64,000 nucleotides of DNA from assembly GCA_022826705.1 (NCBI GenBank), contig JAJDUJ010000029.1, forward strand, positions 11,026-75,025, in the 5' to 3' direction. Origin of the DNA: Acidimicrobiia bacterium. GTDB taxonomy: Bacteria; Actinomycetota; Acidimicrobiia; Acidimicrobiales; Bin134. The translations under genes and the position numbers were made by a program. Below, piece after piece: positions 28,167 to 38,168 of the stretch. Within the stretch, counting starts at the first letter, position 1. Each line of letters begins with the position of its first letter. Under the pieces are notes generated by a model. The model saw only the letters and a program-made list of their open reading frames with translations. It had not been told where the DNA came from and searched no databases.

Positions 28167-29831
28167 ATGACCCTCACCGAAACGAGGCCAGAAACAGAGG
28201 CGGTCGCGGCAGGCGACGACGTGAGGCCGGCGACCCAGTCGTCGGCCCCTCAGTGGACCCCGCCCACCGGTCTCGCCGGCATTCTCAGCACCGGGGATCA
28301 CCAAGTAATCGGTCGCCTCTACATCGTCTTTTCCCTGCTCCTCTCGGGTTTGGCTCTCACCCTCGGAATGCTGATCGGCATCGAGCAAGCCGACATCGAT
28401 GGGGGCTTCGGGGTGTTCGGCCAGGCCAATGAACTCTTCCAGGTCTTCGGCCTCTACCGGACCACGCTGATTCTCTGCGGCTTGGTCCCGCTGTTTCTGG
28501 GTTTGGCCACTGCGATAGCGCCCCGCCAACTCAGCGCCTCCTCGGTGGCCTTCCCCCGGGCGGCGGCCGCCGCCTTCTGGACCTGGCTCGTGGGCGCCAT
28601 CGCCCACATTGCCGCCACCTTCTCCTTTGGCGGCTTGGGCTCGCTTCAGGCCGGAGCTGCCCGCGGGCAGTCGGTAGAGCTCACCGTGCTGTCGCTGGGC
28701 ATGATCGGGGTGGGCCTGCTGGTGGGCGCCGGCGTGATCTTCACCACCTTGGTCACCCAGCGCCCCGCCGGGATGGACTTGCTCCAGATGCCCTCCTTCT
28801 CGTGGTCGATGCTGGTGGCCACCGGCGTGTGGCTGTTCTCGCTACCGGTGCTGCTGGCCAACCTGGTGGTCTCCTGGGTGGACATGCGGGGGGCCGACTC
28901 CCTGCGCTTCGGCGGCGGAGATGCGCCGTTCGAGATGGTGGCCTGGGCGTTCGACGCTCCTCAGGTGTACGCCTGGACGATCCCGCTGCTCGGCATCACC
29001 GCCGAGGTGTTCACCGCCGCCCACCGCAGCAGCCCCAAGCTGTTCGAGCCCATGGCCTTCATCGTGGGCGCCTTCGGGCTCCTGTCCTTTGGCGCTTGGG
29101 CCCAGAGCTTCTTCGACAGCGCCGACCCGTTGGCCCAAGACGCCCACGTTGTGACCAACGAGGTGGTGTTCACCGCGTTCGCATTGGCCATCGCCTTGGT
29201 GGTGCTGGCCTACGGCGGCTGGCTGGCATTCAACGCCTACTCTGCCGGGGAGCGTCCCCAGATCACCCCGCAGTTCGCACTGGTCACGCTGTCGGGGGCG
29301 CTGCTGACTGCTGCGGTTGTCGCCGGTGTGCTCCGGGTGGCCGAGCCCGCTCTGGGTGTGCTGCGGGAGGCCGACAGCGACATCTGGCGAGGGTTCTTCG
29401 ACGCCATGGACGATCTGGAGGGCTCCAGCCTGGTCACCGGGCTGATGAACTTTGCGGTGTTGGGCGCGCTGCTGGCTGCGGTAGCCGGCCTCTTCCATTG
29501 GGCGCCTGCACTGCTGGGGCGCCCCCTCAACGCGCCGCTGGGATTCTTGGCGGTGCTCCCGCTGGCCGGGGGTGCCATTTTGGTGGGGGCCACCGATGCG
29601 CTGGGCGGGTTCTTCGACCAGCCGGCCCGGCCCTACGCCGCGGGCAATCCGCCCTATGGTCCCGGCCACTTTGATGAGATCGACGCCCTCGGCTTTGTGG
29701 AGGCGCTCAACGTGATCGGGCTGATCGGCTACATCGCGGTTTTGGGCGGTTTGGCGCTGGTGGCGCTGAACGTGGCTCGCAGCCTCGGTGGGGCGCCGAT
29801 GGACGAGGCCGAGCAAGGGGAGGGCGCCTGA
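28167..29831 (+). CDS. Degenerate heme-copper oxidase subunit I paralogue lacking the ligand histidines
   Basis: STGDHQVIGRLY, AFPRA...FW, WAFDAPQVY (vs FGHPEVY), GAWAQSFF (vs WAHHMF). Confidence 0.75.
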   Translation: MTLTETRPETEAVAAGDDVRPATQSSAPQWTPPTGLAGILSTGDHQVIGRLYIVFSLLLSGLALTLGMLIGIEQADIDGGFGVFGQANELFQVFGLYRTTLILCGLVPLFLGLATAIAPRQLSASSVAFPRAAAAAFWTWLVGAIAHIAATFSFGGLGSLQAGAARGQSVELTVLSLGMIGVGLLVGAGVIFTTLVTQRPAGMDLLQMPSFSWSMLVATGVWLFSLPVLLANLVVSWVDMRGADSLRFGGGDAPFEMVAWAFDAPQVYAWTIPLLGITAEVFTAAHRSSPKLFEPMAFIVGAFGLLSFGAWAQSFFDSADPLAQDAHVVTNEVVFTAFALAIALVVLAYGGWLAFNAYSAGERPQITPQFALVTLSGALLTAAVVAGVLRVAEPALGVLREADSDIWRGFFDAMDDLEGSSLVTGLMNFAVLGALLAAVAGLFHWAPALLGRPLNAPLGFLAVLPLAGGAILVGATDALGGFFDQPARPYAAGNPPYGPGHFDEIDALGFVEALNVIGLIGYIAVLGGLALVALNVARSLGGAPMDEAEQGEGA

Positions 29832-30427
29832 TGGCTGATATTGCCGTAGGCACGCCGCTGGCCGCACCGCTGCCCCGTCAGCGCACCCTGCTGGTGGGCA
29901 CGGTTTTCGGCACCGCCGCCTCGCTCATGTACTTCGCCGCCCTGCTGGCGGTTTACCTGCGGGAGCGCTCTGATGCGCTTTCCGGCGGCGGGGATTGGAT
30001 CCCGTCGAGCGCCAACGTCCAGTTGGCCCCGCCCACGGTGGCGGCGTGGACCATGCTCATGTCGGTGGTCACCATGCAGTGGGCGGTGTACTCCATCGCC
30101 CGCGACGACCGCACCCACGCCATCATGGCCACCGCGCTGACCACTCTGTTCGGCATGTCGGTGGTGGTCACCACCTCGTTCCAGTACACCGACATGGGGC
30201 TGGTGGCCGACGAGTCGATCGCCGCCACGTTGATATACGTCATCTCAGGGTCGCACTTGGCCATGATCGGCATTGGCCTGGTGTTCCTGCTCCTCATGGC
30301 CTTTCGGGCTTTGGCCGGCCAGTACAGCAGCCGCCAGACCGACGGGTTCGTGGCCGCGTCCATCTACTGGTACGCCGTTGTATTCGTCTATGTCGTCATC
30401 TGGACGGCGATCTTCGTGCTGAAGTAG
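29831..30427 (+). CDS. Cytochrome c oxidase subunit III-like paralogue
   Basis: MQWAVYSIARDD, IYVISGSHLAMI, SIYWYAVV. Confidence 0.75.
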   Translation: MADIAVGTPLAAPLPRQRTLLVGTVFGTAASLMYFAALLAVYLRERSDALSGGGDWIPSSANVQLAPPTVAAWTMLMSVVTMQWAVYSIARDDRTHAIMATALTTLFGMSVVVTTSFQYTDMGLVADESIAATLIYVISGSHLAMIGIGLVFLLLMAFRALAGQYSSRQTDGFVAASIYWYAVVFVYVVIWTAIFVLK

Positions 30428-30433
30428 GCCCTG

Positions 30434-31267
30434 GTGTTCACCCCCGGCTTCCGCTTGTTCTTCGGCTTCACTCTGGCCGCAGTGGCCGCCGCCGCCGTCT
30501 ACGGCGTGGCCAGCGGCAGCGCGGGCGAAACCGAGTACTTCGCGGTGCTCAACGTGGAGACCTGGGTGGGCGTGCTCAGCCTCGGTTACAAGGGCGGCAT
30601 CGGCGACCACGTGGGCTATGTGGTGCTGATGGGCTTCGCGGTGCTCTCCGCGCTGGTGGCCCTGTTCTTGGTGGCCTTCCGTGACGCCGATGCCGAGTCG
30701 GTGGGCGAGCTGATGGACGACGGCCAAACCCCTGAGCCCCAAGCCGACCTGGAGGCCAATTACTGGCCGGCCGTGGCCGCCGCCGGAATGGGGGCGATGA
30801 TCGTGGGTCTGGTGACCCACGCCACCATCTTCGTGATCGGGCTGGTGATCGTGGCGGCGGCGGTGTTCGAGTGGATGCTCGCCGCGTGGGCCGACCGGGC
30901 CACGGCCGATCCGGTGGTGAACCGAAACCTGCGCAACCGCATCATGCGCCCCATCGAGTACCCCGTGACCGCGGCAATCGGCGTGGCGGTGCTGGTGCTG
31001 GCCCTGTCCCGCGTGTTCTTGACCGTGTCGAAGTTCAGCGCAGTGATCGTAGCCGGGGTCTTGGCCACCGTGATCTTCTTCATCGCGGTGGTGTTCGCAG
31101 TCGCCCCCAAGATCAGCCGGTCGGTGATCGCCGGAACCGTGGCTTTGGTGTGTGTCGGCGTTCTGGTTGCCGGGGTGGTCACCGCGGCAATGGGCTCGCG
31201 CGACTTCCACCACAAAGGCCCGGCCTACGAGCACGGCGAGCCCGCGGCCAAAAACGGAGGCCATTAG
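30434..31267 (+). CDS. Membrane protein with a CtaF/subunit IV-like segment
   Basis: Multi-TM; NYWPAV resembles the SYWPIV segment at the ctaD C-terminus. Confidence 0.55.
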   Translation: MFTPGFRLFFGFTLAAVAAAAVYGVASGSAGETEYFAVLNVETWVGVLSLGYKGGIGDHVGYVVLMGFAVLSALVALFLVAFRDADAESVGELMDDGQTPEPQADLEANYWPAVAAAGMGAMIVGLVTHATIFVIGLVIVAAAVFEWMLAAWADRATADPVVNRNLRNRIMRPIEYPVTAAIGVAVLVLALSRVFLTVSKFSAVIVAGVLATVIFFIAVVFAVAPKISRSVIAGTVALVCVGVLVAGVVTAAMGSRDFHHKGPAYEHGEPAAKNGGH

Positions 31268-31301
31268 TGATGGCGCTCACGCGGATGAGGGGCGGTGTCC
31301 G

Positions 31302-32567
31302 ATGAGCGGGCGGGCTAGGGGACTGGTCTGGCTGTCCAGCCTGCTGGTGATCGCCGGCACGATCGCCTTGATCGTGGTGGCCATCGTGGTGGACAAAGAC
31401 CACCCGCTGTCCACGCTGTCGCCCGTCGGCCGCCAGGGCCGCGACATCGCCGAGCTGATCAACCCCATCTTCATCGTGGCCGGCGTGGTGTTCTTCTTGG
31501 TCCAAGGGGCGGTGCTGGCCCTGTGGTGGCGCTATCGGGTTGCGGGCTCAGAGACCGGCGATGGCGAGTACGGCTACTACGACGACGACGAGTTCCCCGA
31601 CCAGACCCACGGCAACAACCGTCTCGAGATCGCCTGGACCATCGTGCCGACCGTGCTGTTGGCGGTGATCTCGGTGTTCACGCTGGTGGCCCTGTTCGCG
31701 CTCGACGATGTGAAGGCTTCCGACGAGGACATCACCGTCACCGTGATCGGCCAGCAGTGGTGGTGGGAGTACCAGTACCACCTCGACGGCGACACCGACA
31801 CCCCACCCGATTTCGTGACCGCCAACGAGCTGGTCATCCCCGTCGGGGTGGACGTGGCCTTGGACATCAAGTCCCGCGACGTGATCCACTCCTTCTGGAT
31901 TCCCAAGCTGAACGGCAAGCGCGACGCGGTTCCCGGCCGCTCCCACGACTGGGTGATCCAATCCGAAGAGCCCGGCCGCTTCCGGGGGCAGTGTACGGAG
32001 TTCTGCGGTCTGTCCCACGGCTACATGAAGATGGTGGCCGTGGCCCTGCCCACCGCAGAGTTCCACCAGTGGAAGAACAACCAGATGACCCCGGCTGAGG
32101 CCCCGGCCGAAGGCACGCCAGAAGGCGAGGGCTGGGCCACGTTCAGCCAGCAGTGCGCAAGCTGCCACGTGGTTAACGGGCTCACCTCGGCGGCCAACCG
32201 AGGCGGGGCCGCTGATTCGCCCCCCGACGACTGGGACATCTACGGCGAGCACAACGGCGGCAGCGCTGGTCCAGTGCTCACCACCGAGCTGGTGGCCGGG
32301 GCTGCCCCCAACCTCACCCACCTCATGACCCGGGGGACCTTTGCCGGGTCGGCGTTTGATCTCTATTTGAACGCTGGCGACCACATCCCCTACCTGGACC
32401 TGGCCGAAGCCGGGACACTCAACCGGGGCGAACTGGAGGCCTGGATCTCCAACGCCCCCGAGCGCAAGCCCGCCGATGCCGATGACCTCCGGGGCATGCC
32501 CGCCCGCACCGGGTTGAGCCCCACCGACATCGACAATGTCGTCGCCTTCCTGTCCACCCTCGACTGA
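31302..32567 (+). CDS. ctaC: Cytochrome c oxidase subunit II with fused cytochrome c
   Basis: LEIAWT, QWWWEY, DVIHSFW, CTEFCGLSHGYM (CuA), CASCH. Confidence 0.95.
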   Translation: MSGRARGLVWLSSLLVIAGTIALIVVAIVVDKDHPLSTLSPVGRQGRDIAELINPIFIVAGVVFFLVQGAVLALWWRYRVAGSETGDGEYGYYDDDEFPDQTHGNNRLEIAWTIVPTVLLAVISVFTLVALFALDDVKASDEDITVTVIGQQWWWEYQYHLDGDTDTPPDFVTANELVIPVGVDVALDIKSRDVIHSFWIPKLNGKRDAVPGRSHDWVIQSEEPGRFRGQCTEFCGLSHGYMKMVAVALPTAEFHQWKNNQMTPAEAPAEGTPEGEGWATFSQQCASCHVVNGLTSAANRGGAADSPPDDWDIYGEHNGGSAGPVLTTELVAGAAPNLTHLMTRGTFAGSAFDLYLNAGDHIPYLDLAEAGTLNRGELEAWISNAPERKPADADDLRGMPARTGLSPTDIDNVVAFLSTLD

Positions 32568-32577
32568 TTGTGAGCCG

Positions 32578-34668
32578 ATGACCGTCACCGACCGCACGAT
32601 CACCGCCCCCGAGGAAACCCTCGCGCTGCCGGCTGGCCCGGCCATCGCCCATCGCCCCCTCGGCATCTTCACCCGGCCGCAGGGCAGCGAGGGCTGGAGG
32701 AGCTGGCTGTTTACCGTCGACCACAAGCGCATCGGCATCATGTACGGCGCCGCGGCCCTGTTCTTCTTCCTGGTGGGTGGGGCCGAGGCCCTGTTCATCC
32801 GCCTCCAGTTGGCCACCCCCAACGGCTCGGTGATCGGGGCCGGCACCTACAACGGCGTGTTCACCATGCACGGCGTGACCATGGTGTTCCTGGTGATCAT
32901 GCCCATGGCCGCCGCCTTCGCCAACTACCTGCTCCCCTTGCAAGTGGGGGCCCGAGACGTGGCCTTCCCGCGCCTCAACGCCTTCAGCTTCTGGTGCTTT
33001 TTGGCCGGCGGTCTGCTGCTCACCTCCTCAATCCTTGTCGGCGGCTGGTTCCAGAATGCGCCCGACGGCGGCTGGTTCGCCTACGCCCCCAACACCGGAC
33101 TGCTCTTCTCACCCTCCAAGGGCATCGATTTCTACGCCGTCGGGTTGCAGATACTCGGTATCGCCTCGCTGGTCAGCGCCATCAATTTGATTGTGACCGT
33201 GTTGAACATGCGAACGCCGGGTATGAGCTTCTTCCGGATGCCGGTGCTCACCTGGATGCTGCTCATCACCCAGTTCCTGTTGCTGTTCGCCCTCCCGGTG
33301 ATCACCGTGGCCCTTTTCCTGTTGATGTTCGACCGGCTGTGGGACGCCAACTTCTTCAACGTGGAGGCCGGGGCCGATCCGCTGCTGTGGCAGCACCTGT
33401 TTTGGATATTCGGCCATCCCGAGGTGTACATCCTGATATTGCCCGCCTTCGGGATCGTGTCGGAGATCATCCCCACGTTCTCCCGCAAGCCGCTGTTCGG
33501 CTACCACTTCATGGTGGCCTCCGGCATCGCCATCGGCTTCATGGGCTGGGGGGTGTGGGCCCACCACATGTTCACCTCCGGCGTGGGGCCGCTGTCGGTG
33601 GCCGCGTTCTCGGTGTCCACCATGTTCATCGCCGTGCCCACCGGGGTGAAGATCCTCAACTGGCTGGCCACCATGTACCGGGGTCGATTGCGATTTACCA
33701 CCCCCATGCTCTACGCCGTGGGCGTGGTGTCGATGTTCACCATCGGCGGGCTCTCGGGGGTGACCCACGCCATCGCGCCCTCCGACACCCAGCAAACCGA
33801 CACCTATTACATCGTGGCCCACTTCCACTATGTGATCTTCGGCGGGGCGCTGCTCGGGCTGTTCGGCGGCTTCTACTACTGGTGGCCCAAAGCGTTCGGT
33901 TACAAGCTCAGCGAGGCGTGGGGCAAGGCCAGCTTCTGGGTGATGCTCATCGGGTTCAACTTCACGTTCGGCCCCATGCACATCCTCGGCTTGCAGGGCA
34001 TGTCCCGGCGCATCGCCACCTATCGGGCCGACGAGGGCTTTGCCCTCTGGAACATGGTGGCCACCATCGGGGCTTTCGTGATCGCCGTAGGGGTGGCCAT
34101 GTTCTTCTGGAACGTGTACGTGAGCACCCGGAACTGGCGGCGGGCCGGTCGGCCCGACGTGGGGCCCGACCCGTGGGACGCCCGGGGACTGGAGTGGATG
34201 ACGGCCTCCCCGGTTCCCGAGCACAACTTCGACGAGGACATTCAGGTGGACCGCCTCGACCACTTCTGGCACCGCAAGTACGGCAAAGACGAGAGCGGCC
34301 GGGTGGTGAGGGCCGCTCCCACCTCGGAGATCGCCCACGACGGCAGCAACACCAACGTGCACTTGCCGTCTCCGTCGTACTGGCCCATCGTTCTGGGCGG
34401 GGGCATCCTGCTGGTGGGCTACGGCATCATCTACAACTTGTGGCTGGCCGCCGCCGGACTGGTGTTCCTGATCGGGGCCATCTACGGCTGGATTCTGGAG
34501 CCGGCCGACGACCCCGACGCCGCCGGCCACCACGACGATCACCATGACGACGATGACGGCGACGACCATGGCGACCCCGACGGCAACGGCGGACCCAGCG
34601 GCAACGGCGAGTCGGCGTCGGCTGAGACCGAGGAGCCAGAGACCGAGGAGGCTGCGACCGTTGGCTGA
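32578..34668 (+). CDS. ctaD: Cytochrome c oxidase subunit I with C-terminal extension
   Basis: DHKRIG, TMHG, FGHPEVY, WAHHMF, VAHFHYV. Confidence 0.97.
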   Translation: MTVTDRTITAPEETLALPAGPAIAHRPLGIFTRPQGSEGWRSWLFTVDHKRIGIMYGAAALFFFLVGGAEALFIRLQLATPNGSVIGAGTYNGVFTMHGVTMVFLVIMPMAAAFANYLLPLQVGARDVAFPRLNAFSFWCFLAGGLLLTSSILVGGWFQNAPDGGWFAYAPNTGLLFSPSKGIDFYAVGLQILGIASLVSAINLIVTVLNMRTPGMSFFRMPVLTWMLLITQFLLLFALPVITVALFLLMFDRLWDANFFNVEAGADPLLWQHLFWIFGHPEVYILILPAFGIVSEIIPTFSRKPLFGYHFMVASGIAIGFMGWGVWAHHMFTSGVGPLSVAAFSVSTMFIAVPTGVKILNWLATMYRGRLRFTTPMLYAVGVVSMFTIGGLSGVTHAIAPSDTQQTDTYYIVAHFHYVIFGGALLGLFGGFYYWWPKAFGYKLSEAWGKASFWVMLIGFNFTFGPMHILGLQGMSRRIATYRADEGFALWNMVATIGAFVIAVGVAMFFWNVYVSTRNWRRAGRPDVGPDPWDARGLEWMTASPVPEHNFDEDIQVDRLDHFWHRKYGKDESGRVVRAAPTSEIAHDGSNTNVHLPSPSYWPIVLGGGILLVGYGIIYNLWLAAAGLVFLIGAIYGWILEPADDPDAAGHHDDHHDDDDGDDHGDPDGNGGPSGNGESASAETEEPETEEAATVG

Positions 34669-34672
34669 GACA

Positions 34673-35290
34673 ATGACCGCCGAGGCGCCTGCTCATACCC
34701 CAGAGCACCATGACGGAGAGCACCACACCAGCACAGGCTTGTCCAACGAGAAGCTGGCCATGTGGGTGTTCCTGGGCTCGGAGTGCCTGCTGTTCGGCGG
34801 GCTCATCTCCACTTACATGTTCAACAAGGGGCGCATCGGCCCCGACGACGTCGGCCCCAACGACGTGTTCGACATCCCGTTCACCTCGGTCAGCTCGTTT
34901 GTGCTTTTGATGAGCTCGCTGACCATGGTGTTTGCGGTGTCGTCCATCGCCCGGGGCGATCTGCGGGGCAACCGCATCTGGCTGACCACCACCGCCGCGC
35001 TGGGGGCCACCTTCGTGGCCGGGCAGGTGTACGAGTTCACCGCCTTCTACAGCGAAGGCCTCGGGTTCACCACCAACCTGTTCGGCTCTGCCTTCTACGC
35101 CCTAACCGGATTCCACGGCGCTCACGTCACCATCGGCATCGTCATGCTGATGTCGCTGCTCGTGATGTCGATGCGGGGCAACCTCGGCCCGGAGCGGGCC
35201 GAGACAGTGGAGATCATCGGTTTGTACTGGCACTTCGTCGACATCGTGTGGATCGTTATCTTCACGATCGTGTACCTCTTCCCGCAATAG
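34673..35290 (+). CDS. ctaE: Cytochrome c oxidase subunit III
   Basis: WVFLGSE, TGFHGAHV, YWHFVD; alternative TTG start at 34661. Confidence 0.95.
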   Translation: MTAEAPAHTPEHHDGEHHTSTGLSNEKLAMWVFLGSECLLFGGLISTYMFNKGRIGPDDVGPNDVFDIPFTSVSSFVLLMSSLTMVFAVSSIARGDLRGNRIWLTTTAALGATFVAGQVYEFTAFYSEGLGFTTNLFGSAFYALTGFHGAHVTIGIVMLMSLLVMSMRGNLGPERAETVEIIGLYWHFVDIVWIVIFTIVYLFPQ

Positions 35291-35298
35291 GATTCGTC

Positions 35299-35649
35299 AT
35301 GGCCACCGTCACCCCAGACTCCCCAGACACGGCTCACTCTCCCGAGGAGCACGCGTCTGCGGGCGGGCACGCCCATCCATCCAACTGGCTCTATGTCAAG
35401 GTGGCCATCTACCTCGCGCTGCTCACCGCGTTCGAGGTGTTCACCTACTTCGAGACGGTGCACGGGTGGGGCGACACCGCCATCATCATCATGCTCGTGA
35501 TCATGATGCTGCTGAAGTTCTTCTTGGTGGTGGCCTTCTTCATGCACCTGAAGTTCGACTCTCCGATCTTCTGGCGCTTATTTGTCTTCGGTCTGATATT
35601 GGCTATGGCGGTGTACATGGTCATGCTCACCGCATTCCGCTTCTGGTAG
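35299..35649 (+). CDS. Cytochrome c oxidase subunit IV (COX4_pro) family
   Basis: LAxLTAFE, KFFLVVAFFMHLKFD. Confidence 0.88.
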   Translation: MATVTPDSPDTAHSPEEHASAGGHAHPSNWLYVKVAIYLALLTAFEVFTYFETVHGWGDTAIIIMLVIMMLLKFFLVVAFFMHLKFDSPIFWRLFVFGLILAMAVYMVMLTAFRFW

Positions 35650-35655
35650 ACGGCC

Positions 35656-36567
35656 ATGGCCTTTGCCGCCGACACCGATATCTGGCGGTACCAGCCCCAT
35701 GCCGAGGTGTGGATAATCCTGCTGGCCGCCATTGCCATGGCCTGGTACGCGGCCCGGATCATCGCCCCCAAGGCCGCTCCCATCGGCGAGCCCCCCTTCG
35801 CCCGCTATCACAAACTGGCCTTCGTCGGGGCGATGGTGTTGCTGTGGGTGGCCAGCGATTGGCCGATGCACGACATCTCCGAGGAGTACCTGTACTCGGT
35901 CCACATGATCCAGCACCTGCTCATCACCCTGGTGGTGCCCCCGCTGCTGTTGGCCGCCATTCCCGAATGGCTGGCCCGGTTGGCGCTCAGCGGCGACGGC
36001 AGTGTGGGGGTCTGGGTGCAGCGGCTGGCCCGCCCGGTAGCCGCCGGGATCCTGTTCAACTTCATGGTGGCGGTGAGCCACATTCCCTGGGTGGTGAACA
36101 CCTCGGTGGAAAGCGGCGCCCTTCACTACTTCGTACACCTGTTGCTGTTTGGCACCGCAGTATTGATGTGGATGCCGGTGTGTGGCCCGATCCCCGAGCT
36201 GCACATGCGCGAGCCGGGCAAGATGGTCTACTTGTTCTTGATGTCGGTGGTGCCCACCGTGCCCGGAGGATTCCTGACCTTCGCCCAGGGGGCGGTTTAC
36301 AGCGCCTATGACCACGATGTGCGCCTGTGGGGCATCGGCCTTCAGGCCGACCAGCAGGCCGCCGGGCTCATCATGAAGTTGGTGGGCGGGATGTATCTGT
36401 GGACGTGGATCGGGGTGTTGTTCTTCCGCTGGGCCGGAAAGCAGCAGCGGGACAATTCCCAGATGCGCTTGGTAACCACCGTTCCCTCCGGCCCCATTGC
36501 CGCCGACACCCGAGTTCCGGTCACGTCCGGTTCCAACGGCTCCAACTCCACTAACGGGTCTCGATGA
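35656..36567 (+). CDS. caa3-type oxidase assembly factor (CtaG-like)
   Basis: SVHMIQH, PPLLL, DQQAAGLIM. Confidence 0.88.
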   Translation: MAFAADTDIWRYQPHAEVWIILLAAIAMAWYAARIIAPKAAPIGEPPFARYHKLAFVGAMVLLWVASDWPMHDISEEYLYSVHMIQHLLITLVVPPLLLAAIPEWLARLALSGDGSVGVWVQRLARPVAAGILFNFMVAVSHIPWVVNTSVESGALHYFVHLLLFGTAVLMWMPVCGPIPELHMREPGKMVYLFLMSVVPTVPGGFLTFAQGAVYSAYDHDVRLWGIGLQADQQAAGLIMKLVGGMYLWTWIGVLFFRWAGKQQRDNSQMRLVTTVPSGPIAADTRVPVTSGSNGSNSTNGSR

Positions 36568-37838
36568 TCGATCTGCGCTTGGTGCGCAACGAGTACGACG
36601 CAGTGCGGGCCGGGCTGGCCCGCCGGGGAATCGACCTGTCCGAGCTGGAGCAGGTGGCGGCCTTGGATGAGCGCCACCGCTATCTCACCACCGAGCGCGA
36701 TGCGATGCGCCACGAGGTGAAGGAGTTGTCCCAGAAAGTGGGACAGCTCAAGCGCGATGGCCGCGATGCCGAGGCCGACGAGGCTGCGGCCCGGAGCCGC
36801 ACGCGGGGCGAGCAGGGCAAGGCCCTGGCCGAAGAGGCCGACTCGGTGGCCGCGGAGATCCACGACTTGCTGCTGCACATCCCCAACCTGCCCGCCGCCG
36901 ATGTGCCCGACGGCGAAGATGAGGGCGACAACCCGGTGCTGCGGGTGGAGAACTTCGACCCCGATGCCTACGGCGAGCACCAGCGGGTGCCCCATTGGGA
37001 GTTCGCGGTGGAGGCCGGCTGGCTTGACATGGAGCGCGCTGCCAAGCTGTCGGGGTCCATGTTCGCCATGCTCCGAGGTCCGGGGGCTTCGCTGGCCCGG
37101 GCCATGGTTCAATTCGGGCTGAATCGCAACGCCGACCGCTACGAGGAGATTCGCCCGCCCACCCTGGTCCACAGCCAGGTGATGGTGAGCACCGGCCAGC
37201 TCCCCAAGTTTGCCGATGACGCCTACTGGCTGGAGCGCGACGACCTGTGGGCCATTCCCACCGCCGAGGTGCCGCTCACCTCTCTGGCCTCGGGCGAGAT
37301 TCTCGACGAGGCCGACCTGCCCATGAGGATGATGGCCTACACACCCTGCTACCGCCGGGAGGCTGGCGCCGCGGGCCGCGACACCCGGGGCCTGCTGCGA
37401 GTCCACGAGTTCGACAAGGTGGAGATACTGGCCTACGCCACCCCCGATCAGGCCCCAGCGGTCCACGCTGAGATCCTGGAGCGGGCCGAGGCCGCGGTGG
37501 CCGAGTTGGGCTTGGCCTATCGCATCGTGGACATCTGCACCGGCGACCTGGGCCAATCCCACCACCGGTCGTGGGACGTGGAGGTGTACGCCCCCGGCGC
37601 CGACCAGTGGCTAGAGGTGTCGTCGGTGTCTTGGTACTCCGACTACCAGGCCCGCCGGGCCAACCTGCGCTACCGGCCCACCGGCGAGAAGGGCACCCGC
37701 ATCCTCCACACCCTCAACGGCTCCGCCCTCGCCGTCCCCCGAGTATGGGCCGCACTCGTGGAGACCCATCGCCAGCCCGACGGCTCCGTAGCCATCCCCG
37801 AACCCCTGCGCCCCTACCTGGGCCGCGACGTTCTCTGA
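36564..37838 (+). CDS. serS: Serine--tRNA ligase
   Basis: IPTAEVP, YRREAG..GRDTRGLLRVHEFDKVE, HTLNGS. Confidence 0.97.
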   Translation: MIDLRLVRNEYDAVRAGLARRGIDLSELEQVAALDERHRYLTTERDAMRHEVKELSQKVGQLKRDGRDAEADEAAARSRTRGEQGKALAEEADSVAAEIHDLLLHIPNLPAADVPDGEDEGDNPVLRVENFDPDAYGEHQRVPHWEFAVEAGWLDMERAAKLSGSMFAMLRGPGASLARAMVQFGLNRNADRYEEIRPPTLVHSQVMVSTGQLPKFADDAYWLERDDLWAIPTAEVPLTSLASGEILDEADLPMRMMAYTPCYRREAGAAGRDTRGLLRVHEFDKVEILAYATPDQAPAVHAEILERAEAAVAELGLAYRIVDICTGDLGQSHHRSWDVEVYAPGADQWLEVSSVSWYSDYQARRANLRYRPTGEKGTRILHTLNGSALAVPRVWAALVETHRQPDGSVAIPEPLRPYLGRDVL

Positions 37839-37844
37839 TTCTGC

Positions 37845-38168
37845 TCAGCTGGAGATCGCCAATCCGCCGGTGGCGGCGGCCAGACCCAAGGCGAGACTGA
37901 CAGCGGCGTAGGCGATGGCGCGGGTGCGCCCGAGGGCGGTCAGTTCTACGGCAAGGGTCGACAGTGTGGTAAGCGATCCCAGGCCGCCGACGCCTACCGC
38001 AGTCATCACCGGATTGCCGCTTCCAGCTAGAAGGCCGAGGGCGAAGCTGCCCAGTACGTTCACCACAAGGGTGCCCCAGGGCCAGGTGGGGGAGTTGAAT
38101 CGCTGCGCGGTGGCGGCCCGAAGCAGGGTTCCCGCCACTGCCAGCACCGCGAACCCGAGCGCGGTCAT
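37845..38168 (-). CDS. crcB: Fluoride channel FluC/CrcB
   Basis: WGTLVVNVLG, GGLGSLTTLST. Confidence 0.85.
   Translation of the reverse strand: MTALGFAVLAVAGTLLRAATAQRFNSPTWPWGTLVVNVLGSFALGLLAGSGNPVMTAVGVGGLGSLTTLSTLAVELTALGRTRAIAYAAVSLALGLAAATGGLAISS

Noticed and set aside
26112-28607. 831-aa ORF and other long shadow ORFs (33109..34569, 31548..32846, 57466..58872)
   Set aside because: Antisense or alternate-frame products of high-GC genes; only the last approximately 300 codons of 26112..28607 are real (ctaA)
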